From NCBI GenBank assembly GCA_009103225.1, contig RHPI01002503.1, positions 256,931 through 320,930 on the forward strand: a DNA stretch of 64,000 bases. The letters are read 5' to 3'. The notes under the pieces were generated by a model. The model saw nothing but the letters and a program-made list of their open reading frames with translations, ran no database searches and was not told where the DNA came from. Origin of the DNA: Chlorokybus atmophyticus. Lineage: Eukaryota > Plantae > Mesostigma and Chlorokybus algae. Made by a program: the position numbers and the translations under genes. This document shows, piece after piece, positions 63,408-64,000 of the stretch; position 1 is the first letter of the stretch; every line of letters starts with the position of its first letter.

Positions 63408-63949
63408 TTAAGCTTGCCACCCATGCTGCGCTGCAACGCGCTGGAATGCCTCCTGGGCCTCAGCCAAGCTGTACTCACGGCCGCTGGTGGTATCTAGCCG
63501 GGCGCCGCCCTCCACAAGGTGCGAGTGAATCTGCAACAGGCAGTCAAGAAGAACAAGCAAGTCCAAATTGAACAACTGATGAAGTGGTACTGACAGACAG
63601 GGTCACCCCCAAGGTTCTTGTTGAGCTGACCTCCACAAGCAGGTTCTCCAAACTCATGGCGGGTGTCCAGCCCGTGCGAGTCAAGGACTCCATGCAAATG
63701 CTGCCTCCAACAGTAACATGACCAGTCCGAAACCTGCGTAATATGCCTCCAGTTGTATGCCATTGAGTAAGACTTGAAAGCAACATACAAAGAGCTGCAG
63801 AACCGCCACCCCGCCAGCACAGAGCAGCCGCAAGGTTCTGCATTTGTAATGGTGTGACTGTACTACCTGAAACGCGGGGACACCACCCGGACGAATGGTG
63901 GTTCGAATGGGAAGTCGTTCGGGAAGCGCAGCTCAAGAACTACACCCGC
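63408..63949 (-). CDS. UBE2Q: Ubiquitin-conjugating enzyme E2, UBE2Q family (last three exons; 5' part lies beyond the window)
   Basis: Exons 63867-63949, 63631-63733 and 63408-63530: AGVVLELRFPNDFPFEPPFVRVVSPRFRFRTGHVTVGGSICMESLTRTGWTPAMSLENLLVEIHSHLVEGGARLD...AAQHGWQA*, with the catalytic Cys. Confidence 0.9.
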
Positions 63950-64000
63950 CTACAAACACCCAGCGCCGTCAAGAGAACAGCAAGTTGGGAGCGTTTTACC

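Overview
Eukaryotic genomic DNA with GT-AG introns, a plastid transit peptide and a cytochrome c6A gene, so probably a green alga, possibly an early-diverging streptophyte (inference). Host genes: cytochrome c6A (1.2-2.0 kb), an ACT-domain starch phosphorylase (46.6-51.6 kb), an F-box gene (56.7-58.8 kb) and UBE2Q-type E2 genes in a decayed local duplication (59.6-64 kb). The centre (about 10.1-45.2 kb) is a degenerate Helitron (HUH Rep + Pif1) with cargo: GIY-YIG, a RING/coiled-coil gene between inverted repeats, and an unknown spliced gene. It is interrupted by nested Ty3/gypsy elements, each with a readable target-site duplication (TSD). Element A (13281-37174, minus, TSD GCATT) contains element B (16823-23693, TSD ACCTC) and element C (25058-36996, TSD CCTT). 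Element C is the main finding. It has a DDE integrase, a C5 cytosine-methyltransferase domain and a PHD finger, but no conventional LTRs. Its repeats are split and permuted: A-internal-B-A-B-A-B. It has a self-complementary, tRNA-independent primer site, a 13-bp redundancy at the two predicted cDNA ends, and a palindromic GACA-GC-TGTC site inside the LTR that matches the integrated ends. Together these suggest a self-priming retrotransposon that circularises and is integrated by a DDE integrase cutting inside the LTR. This model is inferred from a single copy.
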